Positions 29,830-40,933 of a stretch of 64,000 nt of DNA are shown here, piece by piece. Origin of the DNA: a virus. Below the pieces are notes generated by a model. That model ran no database searches and was not told the origin of the DNA. It worked only from the letters and a program-made list of their open reading frames with translations. The position numbers and the translations under genes are program-made. Numbering within the stretch: the stretch's first letter is position 1; each line of letters begins with the position of its first letter. The stretch covers positions 1 through 64,000 of IMG/VR virus record IMGVR_UViG_3300037189_022865. One strand, 5' to 3'.

Positions 29830-30302
29830 GAATGTTGTTTTTGCGTTATGGTTGGCAAGTTCAACTTCTGGAAACAGAGACACGAACGTATCATCCGAAT
29901 TGCGTGCTAATAATACCAGATACCGGTGGCATCAATACCAACGTGAGTTACTTCAAAACTCCCGCTCCAGGCATTCCGCCTCAAGATCAGGGCATAGAGT
30001 CCTTCCGGTTAAACAGTTTGCATTACTGGGTAAACAAAAAAGTGCCAATTATTGGCTTAGGTTACTCAGCTTTCCTTACCTTTGCAGAAGTTTGTGGAGG
30101 TAATCTGCTTTGCGGTTCTGACGGTCTATCCTTTATGCACCGAAAAGACGTGGATATTTACGAGACGAAATTCTTTGGCAAAAGAGCTGCTGGCTTTGTT
30201 GATTATCAAATTGACGAGAGTCTCATCAGCCTTGCCGAGTCCCTTCTTCCAAAGGAGGCACCGCCGGAGGACGAAGTATTGGTATCGGTGCCCATTTTAT
30301 AA
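29742..30302 (+). CDS. Class I glutamine amidotransferase/peptidase C26-like protein, nucleophile Cys absent
   Basis: TGG.N, D..E, KVPIIGLGYSA (cf. PILGICRG), GGNL. Confidence 0.45.
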   Translation: MFSPSKKNAQKAFIANPYGFHLAEHVYKIRMLFLRYGWQVQLLETETRTYHPNCVLIIPDTGGINTNVSYFKTPAPGIPPQDQGIESFRLNSLHYWVNKKVPIIGLGYSAFLTFAEVCGGNLLCGSDGLSFMHRKDVDIYETKFFGKRAAGFVDYQIDESLISLAESLLPKEAPPEDEVLVSVPIL

Positions 30303-30304
30303 TA

Positions 30305-30616
30305 ATGGAAATTAATAAATCAATAGCTGTTTACGTTCGCGACCGAGTGTGAGTTTTGCGACGTAAAAAAGATCTTTTACCTTTAAATGTGAGTTATACT
30401 GTTGACGGTCTTAAATGGACCGCAAACAAAATGGGGAAATCCCTGTTTTATAAGAATGCTCGTGTTTTCAAAGGTAGAATAATCTCAGAAGACGGACCAT
30501 TAGTTGAGAATCCAGATGTGTTCTATGAACCATTTGATGCGATAGATCACTATAATCTGGATCTGAGAAAAGCCGAACTAAGGAATTTAGATAAAGCATT
30601 AAAGATGCTATACTAA
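30305..30616 (+). CDS. Hypothetical protein, 1 in-frame TGA
   Basis: ATG 30305 is in frame with track ORF 30356 through TGA 30350 (DRV*VLRRK). Confidence 0.6.
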
Positions 30617-30674
30617 ATAGGCTGCTTAGCCCCGATCTTAGAGAAGGGGTATTGTTACATTAAATGTATAAATT

Positions 30675-31280
30675 TTGGAAAATAATCGACTATACAAGGC
30701 CTTTATGGTAATCTCAACTATTATCGGGTTAGTTCTTACCTTAGGCTTGTTTCACAAAAACAACGATCTAAAAAAGGACTTTCTTGAAATAAAATCGCGT
30801 ACTGATTCTATGGCCATAACCATAGATTCTATGCGGTTTGAGCTTAACAACCTTAGAGAAACCCACCCCTATCAAAACAAACGGTGGAAATCTAAGAGAA
30901 CAGGTCTGTGTACCGAGGGCAATTTCTTTGGGTTTTTACTTTATACCCCAGTGGATACTAACATATCCTCTGAGTTCGCTATCGCTCTTTCTGATTGAAA
31001 GGGCCCAGTAGCTAAAGTAAATTCTGTGAGAAGGCACTCGAATTGTAAAAGTCAACATTACCACGGTAAAGCAATTGACTTAGCGTGGGATGAGACTGTT
31101 ATTGCCTTCTTACTATCCGAAGAAGGTAGGTCTTGGCTAAAAGAGCATGGGGTAACCTTCTATATAGAAGGCAAACCCGGGAGCAAAAAAGTACGTCGTT
31201 ATCTTTACGATGAGGTTGCTTCTGAGTATGTATTCTTTAACCCCAATGCTAGCGGAGACCACATACATTTAAATATCTAA
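30675..31280 (+). CDS. Peptidase M15-family cell-wall hydrolase with N-terminal TM, 1 in-frame TGA
   Basis: Track ORFs 30675 and 31026 are in frame through TGA 30996; SQHYHGKAIDL and GDHIHL Zn motifs. Confidence 0.8.
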
Positions 31281-31325
31281 TACTGATAGTGGGGGGAGAA
31301 ATCCCCCCTTTATCCATACTAAAAT

Positions 31326-31571
31326 ATGGAAGCTATCTTTTTTGTCCTCTTATCAACGATCGCAGGTTCGTTGTTTAAGCACTATCTGGAGCCCGTGGTG
31401 TTAAACAAAGCGGCTCATCTTTTCCCTCAATCTAATATCTTTAACACAAAACCAGAAACAAAAGTAGAACCTACGGAGTTTAATAACGTAAGGTTTAAGC
31501 GCACTATCAATGGATATACAACAATCTATGTTTCGAGTCCAACACGGACAGATACAACCTACGTCAGGTAA
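31326..31571 (+). CDS. Hypothetical membrane protein
   Basis: N-terminal hydrophobic segment. Confidence 0.5.
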   Translation: MEAIFFVLLSTIAGSLFKHYLEPVVLNKAAHLFPQSNIFNTKPETKVEPTEFNNVRFKRTINGYTTIYVSSPTRTDTTYVR

Positions 31572-33390
31572 AGAACTCACCAAAGAGATCAAGTCCTGAG
31601 ACATAATAGCTTTAGATACAGAGGTAACTGGAGATTTTGATAATATCTTTGATAGAAGAATTGTCATGCTGCAGTTTGGTAACAAAGAAGTTCAGTACAT
31701 TATAGACACAAGGAAAGCGGACCCTACTAAGCTCCTCAAAGAATTATCCAAGAAAAAGATCATAGGTCACAACATTAAGTTCGACTACCAAGTTATAAAG
31801 ACTAACTATGGGATTGAGCTTGAAGATCTATTCGATACCATGCTTGCAGCACAAATACTGGAGTGTGGGATGGATGAGGAGAAGGGACATTTTACCCTAG
31901 AGCAAACCGCTAGACGCTACACAGGGTATCACTACTACTCCAATCAAGGTAACTTATTTATTCCAGCAGTTACCAAAAAGATAAGGAGTTCTTTTTCTAG
32001 TATAGGAGATAAACCGTTTGAGTTAGAGCAGCTCTATTATGGAGCTCTTGACGTTTCGGTTGCATATCTCTTGTATGAGAAACAGAAGATTCAGCTTGAG
32101 AAAAATGAGCTTGAGTCAACAGCAGAGCTAGAGTTCAACTTCGTGAAAGTTCTTGCTGATATGGAATTGAGTGGTGTATATCTCAACCAAAAACAGTGGT
32201 TAGAGAATTATCGCAACACACTACAACAAACCGAAGAATTGCGAAAGAAACTGGAGGAGTATCAACAACTAAACTGAAACTCCCACAAGCAGGTTTTACC
32301 TGTACTCAAAGAGCTTGGTGTTGACGTGTCGATTATAGACAAGAAAACAGGTGAGATAAAGGAGTCTGTATCTCGCGAAGTCTTAAAGAAGCAAACAGCT
32401 AAGGCTGGTATTCTGAAGACTTATCTTGACTATAAGCTTTCCCAAAAGGAATCATCTACCTATGGTGAAAAGTTTTTAAGGCACGTCAACCCAACTTCTC
32501 AAAGAGTTCACTCTTCTTATATGCAAATTATGAGAACTGGAAGAACTTCTTCTACTTCCCCTAATTGTCAATCTATTAAGAGGGGATCTATATACCGATC
32601 AGCATTTCAAGCTGAAGAAGGTAATACCTTTGTAGGTGCAGACTTCTCTAATATAGAAGCAAGGATACTCGCTGATAAGTCTAATGACGAAAACTTTATT
32701 AACATCTTTATAAACAATGGTGATTACCATTTAGAAACTGCTAAGCTAGCTTTTGATAATCCTAATCTAACCAAAGGATCTGAAGAAAGACAGTTAGCAA
32801 AGACTATTAACTTCGCAATTGCTTTTGGTGCTGGAGCTAAGAAAGTATCAGAAGGTGCTGGAGTTACTTTACAGAAAGGAAAAGAACTATTAAATAAAGT
32901 TTATACTGCTTTCCCAAAACTTAGTCCTTACTTTATAGAGATGGGTAATCTCACAAGGGAAAGAGGATATGTTGTGTGTAATGAAGTATCAAAAAGAAGA
33001 AGTTATATACCGTTTTATAATGAATACTTAGAAGCTAAGAAACATTATAACTACTTTAAAGCAATGGGTTGGGATCCTCATCCTACTATTGCATCAGCAT
33101 ATAAAACTTGGGATTCTAAAATACAAAGATGGTCACAAAACTTGCCTGTCCAAGCTACCGCTGCTGACATAGCAAAAGCCACCTGTATAGAACTCAGAGA
33201 GAAGTCTAAAAAAATTCCATTCAATCTCGTTTTATTCGTACATGACGAAGTTGTAGTAGAGTGCGAAAAAGAACGCGCAAACACTATATCTAAGCTTATT
33301 GAAAAAACAGGATTAGAATGCTCGAAAAAATTCCTGAATCATTTAACAGTCCCTGCAGAAGCACACGTATCTTCGCAGTGGGAAAAGTAA
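31510..33390 (+). CDS. polA: Family A DNA polymerase with 3'-5' exonuclease, 2 in-frame TGA
   Basis: *DIIALDTEVTG (ExoI, TGA 31597), HNIKFD, LN*NSHKQV (TGA 32275), TGRTSS, DFSNIE, KTINF, VHDE. Confidence 0.93.
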
Positions 33391-33394
33391 AACC

Positions 33395-34492
33395 ATGAAC
33401 GAAGCAACTTTCTTTTTCGTCGTCAGTATTGCGGCTTTGGTCGCAGCACTAGCGTTCTTCTTTTACCGAGCTAAGAAAGACCCAGAAAATAAAGGTCTAG
33501 AGCCCGGTGCTATTCTTATAAAATTCTTTATAAAGTATCCTCTAACGGTGTTTATTACGATGCAGTTGGTTGCCATGATTTCAGAGGCAGCTCTTCTTGC
33601 ATCTATTCCAGAGACACTGCTGAATGTAAGTGCAAGTATGGCAACGCATATGTTTATTGCGTTAGTCGGTGCACTGGGTGCATTTATGTTAACAAAATAC
33701 TTGGGTTCTTTTGTCTCCGCTTTCTTTAGTAAAGAAAAGTTTCCAGTGAAGATTTCTGTTATCATGTTAACTTTATGTTTATCCATGATTTCTTTGGTCT
33801 TTACCTTGGGTTCCCCGGTATACAATCTCTATGCAATGGCATCAAGATTACACCAAGTTCCACAACTTGAACTCTATCTTACCAGTCTTCAAGTAGAGTA
33901 TCTGAATATGGACCCAAGAGTACTTGCCAAACTCATGCAGATACACAAAGTTCCGCTAGACTATTCTCCATTTCAGGCACTTCATCCCGGCATTGTAACT
34001 TCACTTGCATTATCTACCGCTCACATTTTTATTACAGTGTGGGAGGTATTGGTATCTCTTTTGTACGCATTGAAGAATGACGGCATTCAGCACGCAATTC
34101 TCGGCGACTTTGCGAATACTCCGCCTAGAAAAGAAGAGAAGAAAGAGGAAAAGAAGGAAGAGAAGAAGGAAGAGAAGAAGGAAGAAAAGAAAGAGGAGAA
34201 GAAAGAGGAAAACATTGATGCTACCAAAGTTAAGGACAAGGTACAAGAGCTTCTCAAAATTCACGGTATGACCGATCCAAAGAGGATTGAGGATACAGCT
34301 CAGAAACTTGTTCCTTACATCTACAAACAGGCTGATGCTGGTTCAGTGAAGAAAGTCGCTGACCTTATGAACTTCATTCACAAGTATCGTGAGGCAGAGA
34401 AGAACAAACAAAACACTCAACCTATTAAGGATGAGATTCACGAACTCGTAAAGGGCCTGACTAACGGCAGTTTCACCTTACCAAAAAACTAA
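33395..34492 (+). CDS. Multi-pass membrane protein with (KKEE)n repeat; ends at a slippery site
   Basis: Several TM helices; EEKK repeats at 34131-34210; A AAA AAC TAA at the 3' end. Confidence 0.7.
   Translation: MNEATFFFVVSIAALVAALAFFFYRAKKDPENKGLEPGAILIKFFIKYPLTVFITMQLVAMISEAALLASIPETLLNVSASMATHMFIALVGALGAFMLTKYLGSFVSAFFSKEKFPVKISVIMLTLCLSMISLVFTLGSPVYNLYAMASRLHQVPQLELYLTSLQVEYLNMDPRVLAKLMQIHKVPLDYSPFQALHPGIVTSLALSTAHIFITVWEVLVSLLYALKNDGIQHAILGDFANTPPRKEEKKEEKKEEKKEEKKEEKKEEKKEENIDATKVKDKVQELLKIHGMTDPKRIEDTAQKLVPYIYKQADAGSVKKVADLMNFIHKYREAEKNKQNTQPIKDEIHELVKGLTNGSFTLPKN
34131..34210 (+). repeat. 12-bp coding tandem repeat (GAR GAR AAG AAR), about 6 copies
   Basis: Purine-only run encoding EEKK x6. 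Confidence 0.85.
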
Positions 34493-34536
34493 CGGGCGTA
34501 ACGTGTGACTATTGTAACAACACTAAAGTAAAATCG

Positions 34537-35199
34537 GTGTACGCTAATACAACTAATCCATGGAAAGATTTTTACCATGGGGACTGTAGAAGCTGCTTCG
34601 AGGTTAGGTGGCTAGACGCTGCGGGGATATGTGAGAAGTGTAATAGAGGCAATTCAAAACTCTCTTTACGTACTGTAAACATTTGCGATAGTTGTATTAC
34701 TGCAAATAAAATATCCCCAATATGCAAAAGATGTGCTTCAATCGTTGAAGAATATGCTGAAGGTACTACTGAATGTATACAGTGTGCTTACGGTAAAGAC
34801 TTTAAACCTGATCCACAATACGCCACTGGTGTGTGTATACAATGCAAACGCGTTACGCACTTAGACGGTGATGAAACCTGCTTAAGCTGCCACATAATAA
34901 ATTCGGCGGCTAATGCGCAAAACAACGACTGGGGTAACCTAAAAAGATGCGGCTGTGGAGAAGTAATTCACAAGAAGCAAAAGGTATGTCCCAATTGTGC
35001 AAGCAAACCTGTAAATTTGCGTAAGGACAAGCTGTGTCACGGCTGTCAAACGCACTTCAAACCAATATCTATATACGACACCTTCTGCATACCTTGTAAA
35101 GAAAACATTCATCGAGGTGTGTGTACCTCTTGTAGAGAGCTTTCCAACTCTATGGACTCAAGGGGCTGGTGTTCTAAATGCCAATCATCTAATGGATAA
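34537..35199 (+). CDS. Cys-rich multi-CxxC zinc-ribbon protein, probably the -1 frameshift extension of the upstream gene
   Basis: More than 12 CxxC pairs; frame open from 34465, with an extra CDYC before the GTG. Confidence 0.7.
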   Translation: MYANTTNPWKDFYHGDCRSCFEVRWLDAAGICEKCNRGNSKLSLRTVNICDSCITANKISPICKRCASIVEEYAEGTTECIQCAYGKDFKPDPQYATGVCIQCKRVTHLDGDETCLSCHIINSAANAQNNDWGNLKRCGCGEVIHKKQKVCPNCASKPVNLRKDKLCHGCQTHFKPISIYDTFCIPCKENIHRGVCTSCRELSNSMDSRGWCSKCQSSNG

Positions 35200-37269
35200 A
35201 AGAACTCAAATGCAGGAGGAAGCAGTTGCCTCCTGAAAACAAAACAATGGATGGGGTACCCTGTTGATATATACGGGCGGGGGGAAGACACGATGCGGCT
35301 TAATGGCTTACCAAGATTTAGGCAAGCCCAGAACATTAGTAGTCACCTCCCGCCTGCCCATTCTAAACCAATGGAAAGAGGTTATGACAGGAACTAATAT
35401 AAAGTTTATGTGTATCCAATCTGCTTACAAACATAAAGGATATTACGATTTAGTTATAATAGATGAGGTTCATAGATCTTTATCACCTAAATATAGGGAA
35501 GTATTTAGCGGCATAAAAGCTAAGCATTTAATGTGCTTAACAGCCACACTTCCAGAAGAAGCAGAGTATGTAGAGTTCTTAGCTAAAACTTGTCCAGTAA
35601 TTTATGAGAAGAAGCTAAAAGATGCTTTAAAGGATGAGATGGTTCCTCAGTTTGAGATATATAACTTTTCAGTACCTCTACACAAAACTATATCTGGTAA
35701 GTACAAACTCTTTGACAATAAGTTTACGCAGTCAATGATAAAACTTACTAGAACTCTAATGGATAATCCTAAACTGAAATCAAAATACAAAAATGTTTTT
35801 GAGTTAGCTCAAGCTGCTCAGTGGGCTTCTTTTGATAAGGAGACACAAGGATTATGTAAATCTTATTGGGCTGGAATGACTATGCGAAAGCAGTTAGTTT
35901 ATTCTAATCCGGCGAAGCTAAAAGCAATTCGAGATATACTAAACCACATGGGGATGAGTCGCAAGTGGATAATCTTTACTAAGTCCATCGCATTTGCTAA
36001 AAGTTTGCAAGAGTATTTAGGAGGTAACACTGCTATATACCACTCAAAACTAAAACCAATAGAAAGAGAATTAAACTTAATAGCATTTGAACAAAATCAG
36101 TTTAATATTCTTATAGCAGTTGACGCTTTAAACGAGGGATTAAATGTCTCCCAAGTAGAAGCAGCTATTTGTGCTGCTGGCGTATCCACAGAGTTAACAA
36201 ATTCCCAGCAGTTGGGTCAGTAATTCGGCCCGTACCAAGTTAATTCGGTGAAGCCTAAGTCGAAAGATATGGTAATACCGAGCCAAGCAGGAAGAAATTC
36301 CGGGCGTGTGTAGAGCACATCCCCTTTGTCGGGGAGTAGTGAAATATCTGATAAATATTTTGCGAAACACTTGGAATTTATCAAAAATTGTTGTACATTT
36401 GTATAATGGAAAATATAATATGGAAATCTATAGTAGGATCTTTACACTATTCAGTAAGTAATACTGGGTTAGTTAGGAGAGATTCTCATGAGAAAATGCA
36501 CAACATAAATAAAAAACCTTTCTTGACAAAAGAGAAAATATTAGCACCTAGCACAAATAACACTAAAGGGTATAAAAGGTTACTTATAAAATATCCACAA
36601 CGTATTAAAACTAAATCAGTTCACAGATTAGTGGCTGAAGCTTTTGTACCAAACTTGATGGCTAAACCTCAAGTAAATCATATTGATGGGGATATATTAA
36701 ATAATCACTGCTCTAATTTAGAGTGGGTAACTAATGATGAGAATGCTGAACACGCAGCAAGGACCAAAAAACGTAAGCACAAAAAAGGTTCTTCAGTTGT
36801 GTGGAGCAAACTTACTGAAAATGAAGTTGCACAAATACCAGAGTTATTACAAAAATTTAGTGTTGCTGAAATAGCTAAACAATTTAATGTTAGTAAATCT
36901 CTTATTCACGAGATAATCGCTGGGAGGACTTGGAGGCACTTAAACCTCTTTGAGCCTAAAGCAAGAAAGTGTGAAAAGTATTTTGATAAATTAAGATATG
37001 TGCCGACCACTGCTGAAAAGCAGGAAACTTCGTAGTCTAATCAACTACTATAAAGAAGTTTACAAAAGCGAATTATACGTCCTGAAAAAGGAAAAAAGCC
37101 CGTGTTTATTAATCTGTACACAGAAGGTACGGTTGAGAAAACTTGGGTAGAAAAGAAACTTAAATCAAGCGGATTAAAAAGCAGATGAGCAAGCACGGTG
37201 TACGACCTTCCGAAACAAGCATTACTAAGTTTATCCGAAGCAACAGAGTCTTCCTTCCCCCGAACATAG
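35192..37269 (+). CDS. SF2 (DEAD/DEAH-like) helicase; exon 1 35192-36217, exon 2 37069-37188 or 37269; in-frame TGA at 35234
   Basis: TGGGKT, DEVH, LTAT, NEGLN; motif VI QQLG|RIIR is restored by splicing; 3' end depends on how TGA 37186 is read. Confidence 0.88.
36371..36401 (+). promoter_or_regulatory. Intron-internal Bacteroidota-type promoter for the HNH gene
   Basis: TTG 36371 and TACATTTG 36394-36401, 4 nt before ATG 36406. Confidence 0.6.
36406..37035 (+). CDS. NUMOD4-HNH homing endonuclease with C-terminal HTH
   Basis: WKSI..YSVSNTGLVR, VHRLVAEAF, VNHIDGD..NN..SNLEWVT. Confidence 0.92.
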   Translation: MENIIWKSIVGSLHYSVSNTGLVRRDSHEKMHNINKKPFLTKEKILAPSTNNTKGYKRLLIKYPQRIKTKSVHRLVAEAFVPNLMAKPQVNHIDGDILNNHCSNLEWVTNDENAEHAARTKKRKHKKGSSVVWSKLTENEVAQIPELLQKFSVAEIAKQFNVSKSLIHEIIAGRTWRHLNLFEPKARKCEKYFDKLRYVPTTAEKQETS

Positions 37270-38339
37270 GTAAACATCTCAGGGGAGCTTCTTTGGAAGA
37301 CTTTTGCCCTTTTTGTTTGGCTGAACATAATAACAACACAATATTCTATAGAAAGAAGATAAGCGAGCCTCTGAGCATTCTTCTTAATACATACTCTTGT
37401 GATATGTGCAACGAGGAGATAGAGAAGAAATCTTCTGATAAAAACATGGAGGATATGTTTGAGGAGTTCTCTGTTAGAGCTGGAGTTAAAGCCATACAAA
37501 GAATAGACGGGGTTGTGCATGAGGCAAGTTTCCCTAATGACACTCATAAATTCTATAATCACTTAAACCCAGATAAAGAGCCTTTTAGGATTACCCCAGA
37601 CTGCTGCTTGTTTTGTCAAGTTCATCTAGGCGCAGCAAAGAACGAACAAGTAGATCCACAAAAGAAGTTGTTTGTAGAGTACTTTATACCTGTTGGTATG
37701 GAGATGTATCATCTTGACGGCGGACAAGTAAAAGTCTGCAGATCTTGTGATCTAGTCATGACTTCTAAGCTAAGTGATACATACATTGCTCACCTACTAA
37801 CTTTCTCAGGTATAGATATCTGCAAAAGATGTGGCGATCAGTATTTTGTAAATAATAGCGAGGTAGATAGTCGCAATGCTTCTCAAACTTTTGGGAAACA
37901 TATGTGCCCAGAATGTTGTTATAATAATCTACAATCAGAGGATAAGCTCATGTATGAGGGGGAAAACCTAATGGTTCCTTACTCAAATATAGTTAGAGAC
38001 GAGTTCCATAAAATACAAAGATTCGTAGATGTTAATTGTTCTTACTGCTCTTCTCCAGTAGCTATTGACTTAACAATGCACCCTGAGGAAGTTATAAACA
38101 AGCATACAGAAACTAACTTAAAGTTTATTTGCGACGATTGTATCTTCAGAGAGACTGCTCCTATAAACGTCTTAGTAAAAGACGACATAATTACTAGAAT
38201 CTTTAATATAAACGATAAATTCTACATTAAAAGAGTTACTACTAAAGGCAAGTTCCTAAACTTTGATACCTCTTTAAATGCAGAAGAAGTTTTAAAGTTT
38301 TTATTAGCTGAAGAAAATGAACAACTTACACTATACTAA
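37185..38339 (+). CDS. Cys-rich hypothetical protein
   Basis: 384 aa with multiple CxxC pairs. Confidence 0.7.
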   Translation: MSKHGVRPSETSITKFIRSNRVFLPPNIGKHLRGASLEDFCPFCLAEHNNNTIFYRKKISEPLSILLNTYSCDMCNEEIEKKSSDKNMEDMFEEFSVRAGVKAIQRIDGVVHEASFPNDTHKFYNHLNPDKEPFRITPDCCLFCQVHLGAAKNEQVDPQKKLFVEYFIPVGMEMYHLDGGQVKVCRSCDLVMTSKLSDTYIAHLLTFSGIDICKRCGDQYFVNNSEVDSRNASQTFGKHMCPECCYNNLQSEDKLMYEGENLMVPYSNIVRDEFHKIQRFVDVNCSYCSSPVAIDLTMHPEEVINKHTETNLKFICDDCIFRETAPINVLVKDDIITRIFNINDKFYIKRVTTKGKFLNFDTSLNAEEVLKFLLAEENEQLTLY

Positions 38340-39619
38340 TGGAGGTATTAATAGAGGAATATGAGCACCATTCTAACGCGTATAGACTTGTCATTAAGCT
38401 CTTTACTAATGGTGAACAATTCTACTATATCTCTACTATCGACAAAAATGGCAAACTAATAATAAAGACAACGTCAAACAGAATGTCAAATATTTGGACG
38501 TTCTTGGAATCTTTTGATACTAGAGTATCAGACTTTTACAGTGCCTATGGTAATGAAGATGAAATCCGATAATCAAAATATTTTGGCTACGATTGACTTA
38601 GAGGACACCTCCAGTAGGAGTCCTGACAAATCCAGAATGGAAGCTGTTCTAATAGTTTATAAAACAAAATCTACAAAACGCACATCTTACGGCTCCTCAA
38701 TAAGCTACAAGTATCGCAGATCTCAACACCGTATAAGAAAGAGCTTCGGTCCTTTTGTTACTTTTGTAGAGGCATTAGAAAAAGCTTTAATATACTGGTA
38801 TGGCGCATAGAATCATTCAAATGTACTACGAGACTACTCATGGATTTTTAAATCTTTATATAGAGCTAAATAGTTACACTGAAGAGGACAAAATAAAGTC
38901 TAAATTTAAAGCTTCTATTGTCGTAAGAAATGACGAGAGAGTTGCCGAAGAAATTACTCTTAACCAAACTACTTGGAATTCTTCCTTTATGTCTACTCTA
39001 GATGAGGGCATTCAACTTGCTTTTAAAGAAGGTGCGATAAAGCTACTCTTCTATAAAGAGCTAGAAGACTCTAACTACATTAACAGTCTTTTTTATGAAA
39101 AATAAAATGAGATTGCTTCACACGGAGGAATACGACGATTTCTATCTTCAAATATATTCCTATAAAGGCTTAGGCGCTCCAGAAGTGTTTACCTTTCACA
39201 TAAGCTTCCAAAAGAGTAAGGGCAGAAGATTTATTCTACTCACATCTCTAAGATATAAATATGTAACTGATACCGTTGAACATGGTATTTATTTCTTTAA
39301 ACAAATAGTGTCCTTCTTTGTCTCTTCAGAATTTAAGTCTATAGGCAAGTATGGTTACTTTCAATACGATGACTTTCATTTAAAATATATAAATGTTGCT
39401 ATTAACTTCAAATACTGTGAGTGCCTTAGATTCGATGAAGTTTCCAATGAGGTGTTTAGTGGAGATGTATCTTATCTATACAAGCCAGAGGAACTACCCT
39501 CAAGAAGTTCCAGAGCAAGATCTGAGTTTACTCAAAAGAATGGACCTAATTCAGATAGACGCTACAAACAAGATCCAGTTGTCAAATACTGGGCAAGCGT
39601 TTCTTTTGAACTACCTTAA
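38339..39619 (+). other. Four overlapping hypothetical ORFs (38339-38572, 38514/38559-38810, 38800-39105, 39095-39619)
   Basis: Tightly chained plus-strand ORFs without recognisable motifs. Confidence 0.5.
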
Positions 39620-39956
39620 AGAAGATTTCGATTCAGACCTAAAGTATACCTCTGGGTTTGAGAAATTCTGGAAAACTTTTCCTGCTTCAGATAAGTGGGA
39701 TAGGTTTCAAGAAAGCAGAAAGCTAAGGGTGAATAAGAAAGAGACGTTTGTCCAGTATCTAAAGGCTTTAAATAATGTAACTGAAGAGTATCTACAAAAA
39801 TCAATAGAGACAGAGATTGCTAATAAGAAAGCTTCGTCTCCATTAGAGAATCCTTTTAAGTACATGAAGGCTTCTTATAACTGGCTAGCTAACGAAGAGT
39901 ACAACAATGTTTCTTTTGAACAACAAAAAATAGTTTCAGACGACGACTTATTATAA
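39393..39956 (+). CDS. Putative replication initiator/helicase loader
   Basis: FEKFWKTFP...NWLANEEY pattern typical of phage replisome-organiser C-termini; directly upstream of DnaB. Confidence 0.55.
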   Translation: MLLLTSNTVSALDSMKFPMRCLVEMYLIYTSQRNYPQEVPEQDLSLLKRMDLIQIDATNKIQLSNTGQAFLLNYLKEDFDSDLKYTSGFEKFWKTFPASDKWDRFQESRKLRVNKKETFVQYLKALNNVTEEYLQKSIETEIANKKASSPLENPFKYMKASYNWLANEEYNNVSFEQQKIVSDDDLL

Positions 39957-40933
39957 TGGAATATAGACACATATCCTATGGGGTTGATTCGGCCCTTAAC
40001 TATATAGACAAGAGGAGAAAGGGCGAAATTGTGTCGCTTAAAACTTCCTTTAAAAAACTAAACAAAGCTCTAATGGCTGGCATTGACTGGGGTAGAATAA
40101 TGACTATTGCAGGTCAGTCAGGAGCAGGTAAATCTACCATACTAGAACAATTTAAAAAAGATTTCTTAGACCTTAACGAAACTAAATTTGAGATTTTATC
40201 GTTTGACTTCGAGATGTTAGTAGAGGATCAGATAGCTAGGTATCTAGCGTCTGTAAGAAACAAAACTCTTAAAGATATTTATTCAGCAAATACTCCTTTA
40301 GAAGATATAGAGTATGAAGCTATCAAGAATGTACTTGACGAAAGAAAGAAATCACCTATATTCTATGTAGATAATGCTGGTACTTCTGAGCAGATACAAA
40401 AAACTATTCTTACCTTTGCGCAAGAAAGAGATTTATTAAACAAAAACTATGGTTTGGTTGTTACTATTGACCACGTTCTATTGACTAAAGGAAAGACGGG
40501 AGAACAAGAGAAAGCAACAGTAGACTCTCTAATGGAGATGTTGAATGATGTGAAGAAATACTTTGCGCATATTGGCCTTAAATGTTTGATCATTTGTCTA
40601 GGTCAGTTAAATAGAGAGATTGAAAAAATGGATAGGGTAGACAACCCTTTGTATCACTTCCCAAATAGGAATGATATCTTTGCTGCCTCATCAATATATC
40701 ACACATCAGATTACGTTATAATAACACATAGACCATCAACCGTATCTGGAATAAAAGAAGGTTACGGTCCCCCAAGAAAAAACCACCCCAAAGGATTACC
40801 ACTAAAGTATCCGGGGGATGAAACAAGAGACATGATTTACTGGCATATTATTAAGGAAAGATTTGGTAAGCCGGGGATTATAGCATTAGCCGAAGACTTT
40901 AAATTTTCTAAACTAGAAGAAGTAGAACTATAA
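39956..40933 (+). CDS. dnaB: DnaB-like replicative helicase
   Basis: AGQSGAGKS, FDFEM, IDH, GQLNREIE, IIKERFG. Confidence 0.9.
   Translation: MEYRHISYGVDSALNYIDKRRKGEIVSLKTSFKKLNKALMAGIDWGRIMTIAGQSGAGKSTILEQFKKDFLDLNETKFEILSFDFEMLVEDQIARYLASVRNKTLKDIYSANTPLEDIEYEAIKNVLDERKKSPIFYVDNAGTSEQIQKTILTFAQERDLLNKNYGLVVTIDHVLLTKGKTGEQEKATVDSLMEMLNDVKKYFAHIGLKCLIICLGQLNREIEKMDRVDNPLYHFPNRNDIFAASSIYHTSDYVIITHRPSTVSGIKEGYGPPRKNHPKGLPLKYPGDETRDMIYWHIIKERFGKPGIIALAEDFKFSKLEEVEL

Larger units (their letters stand above)
36218..37068 (+). mobile_element. Group I intron in helicase motif VI
   Basis: Exon ends in U, intron ends in G; P AATTCGGTGAA, Q AATACCGAGCC, R GTAGAGCACAT, S AAGATATGTGCC (P7 GCACAT/ATGTGC). 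Confidence 0.88.

Noticed and set aside
34077-34271. Arg/Lys-rich ORF and its antisense Leu/Phe-rich ORF
   Set aside because: Alternative-frame shadows of the KKEE repeat
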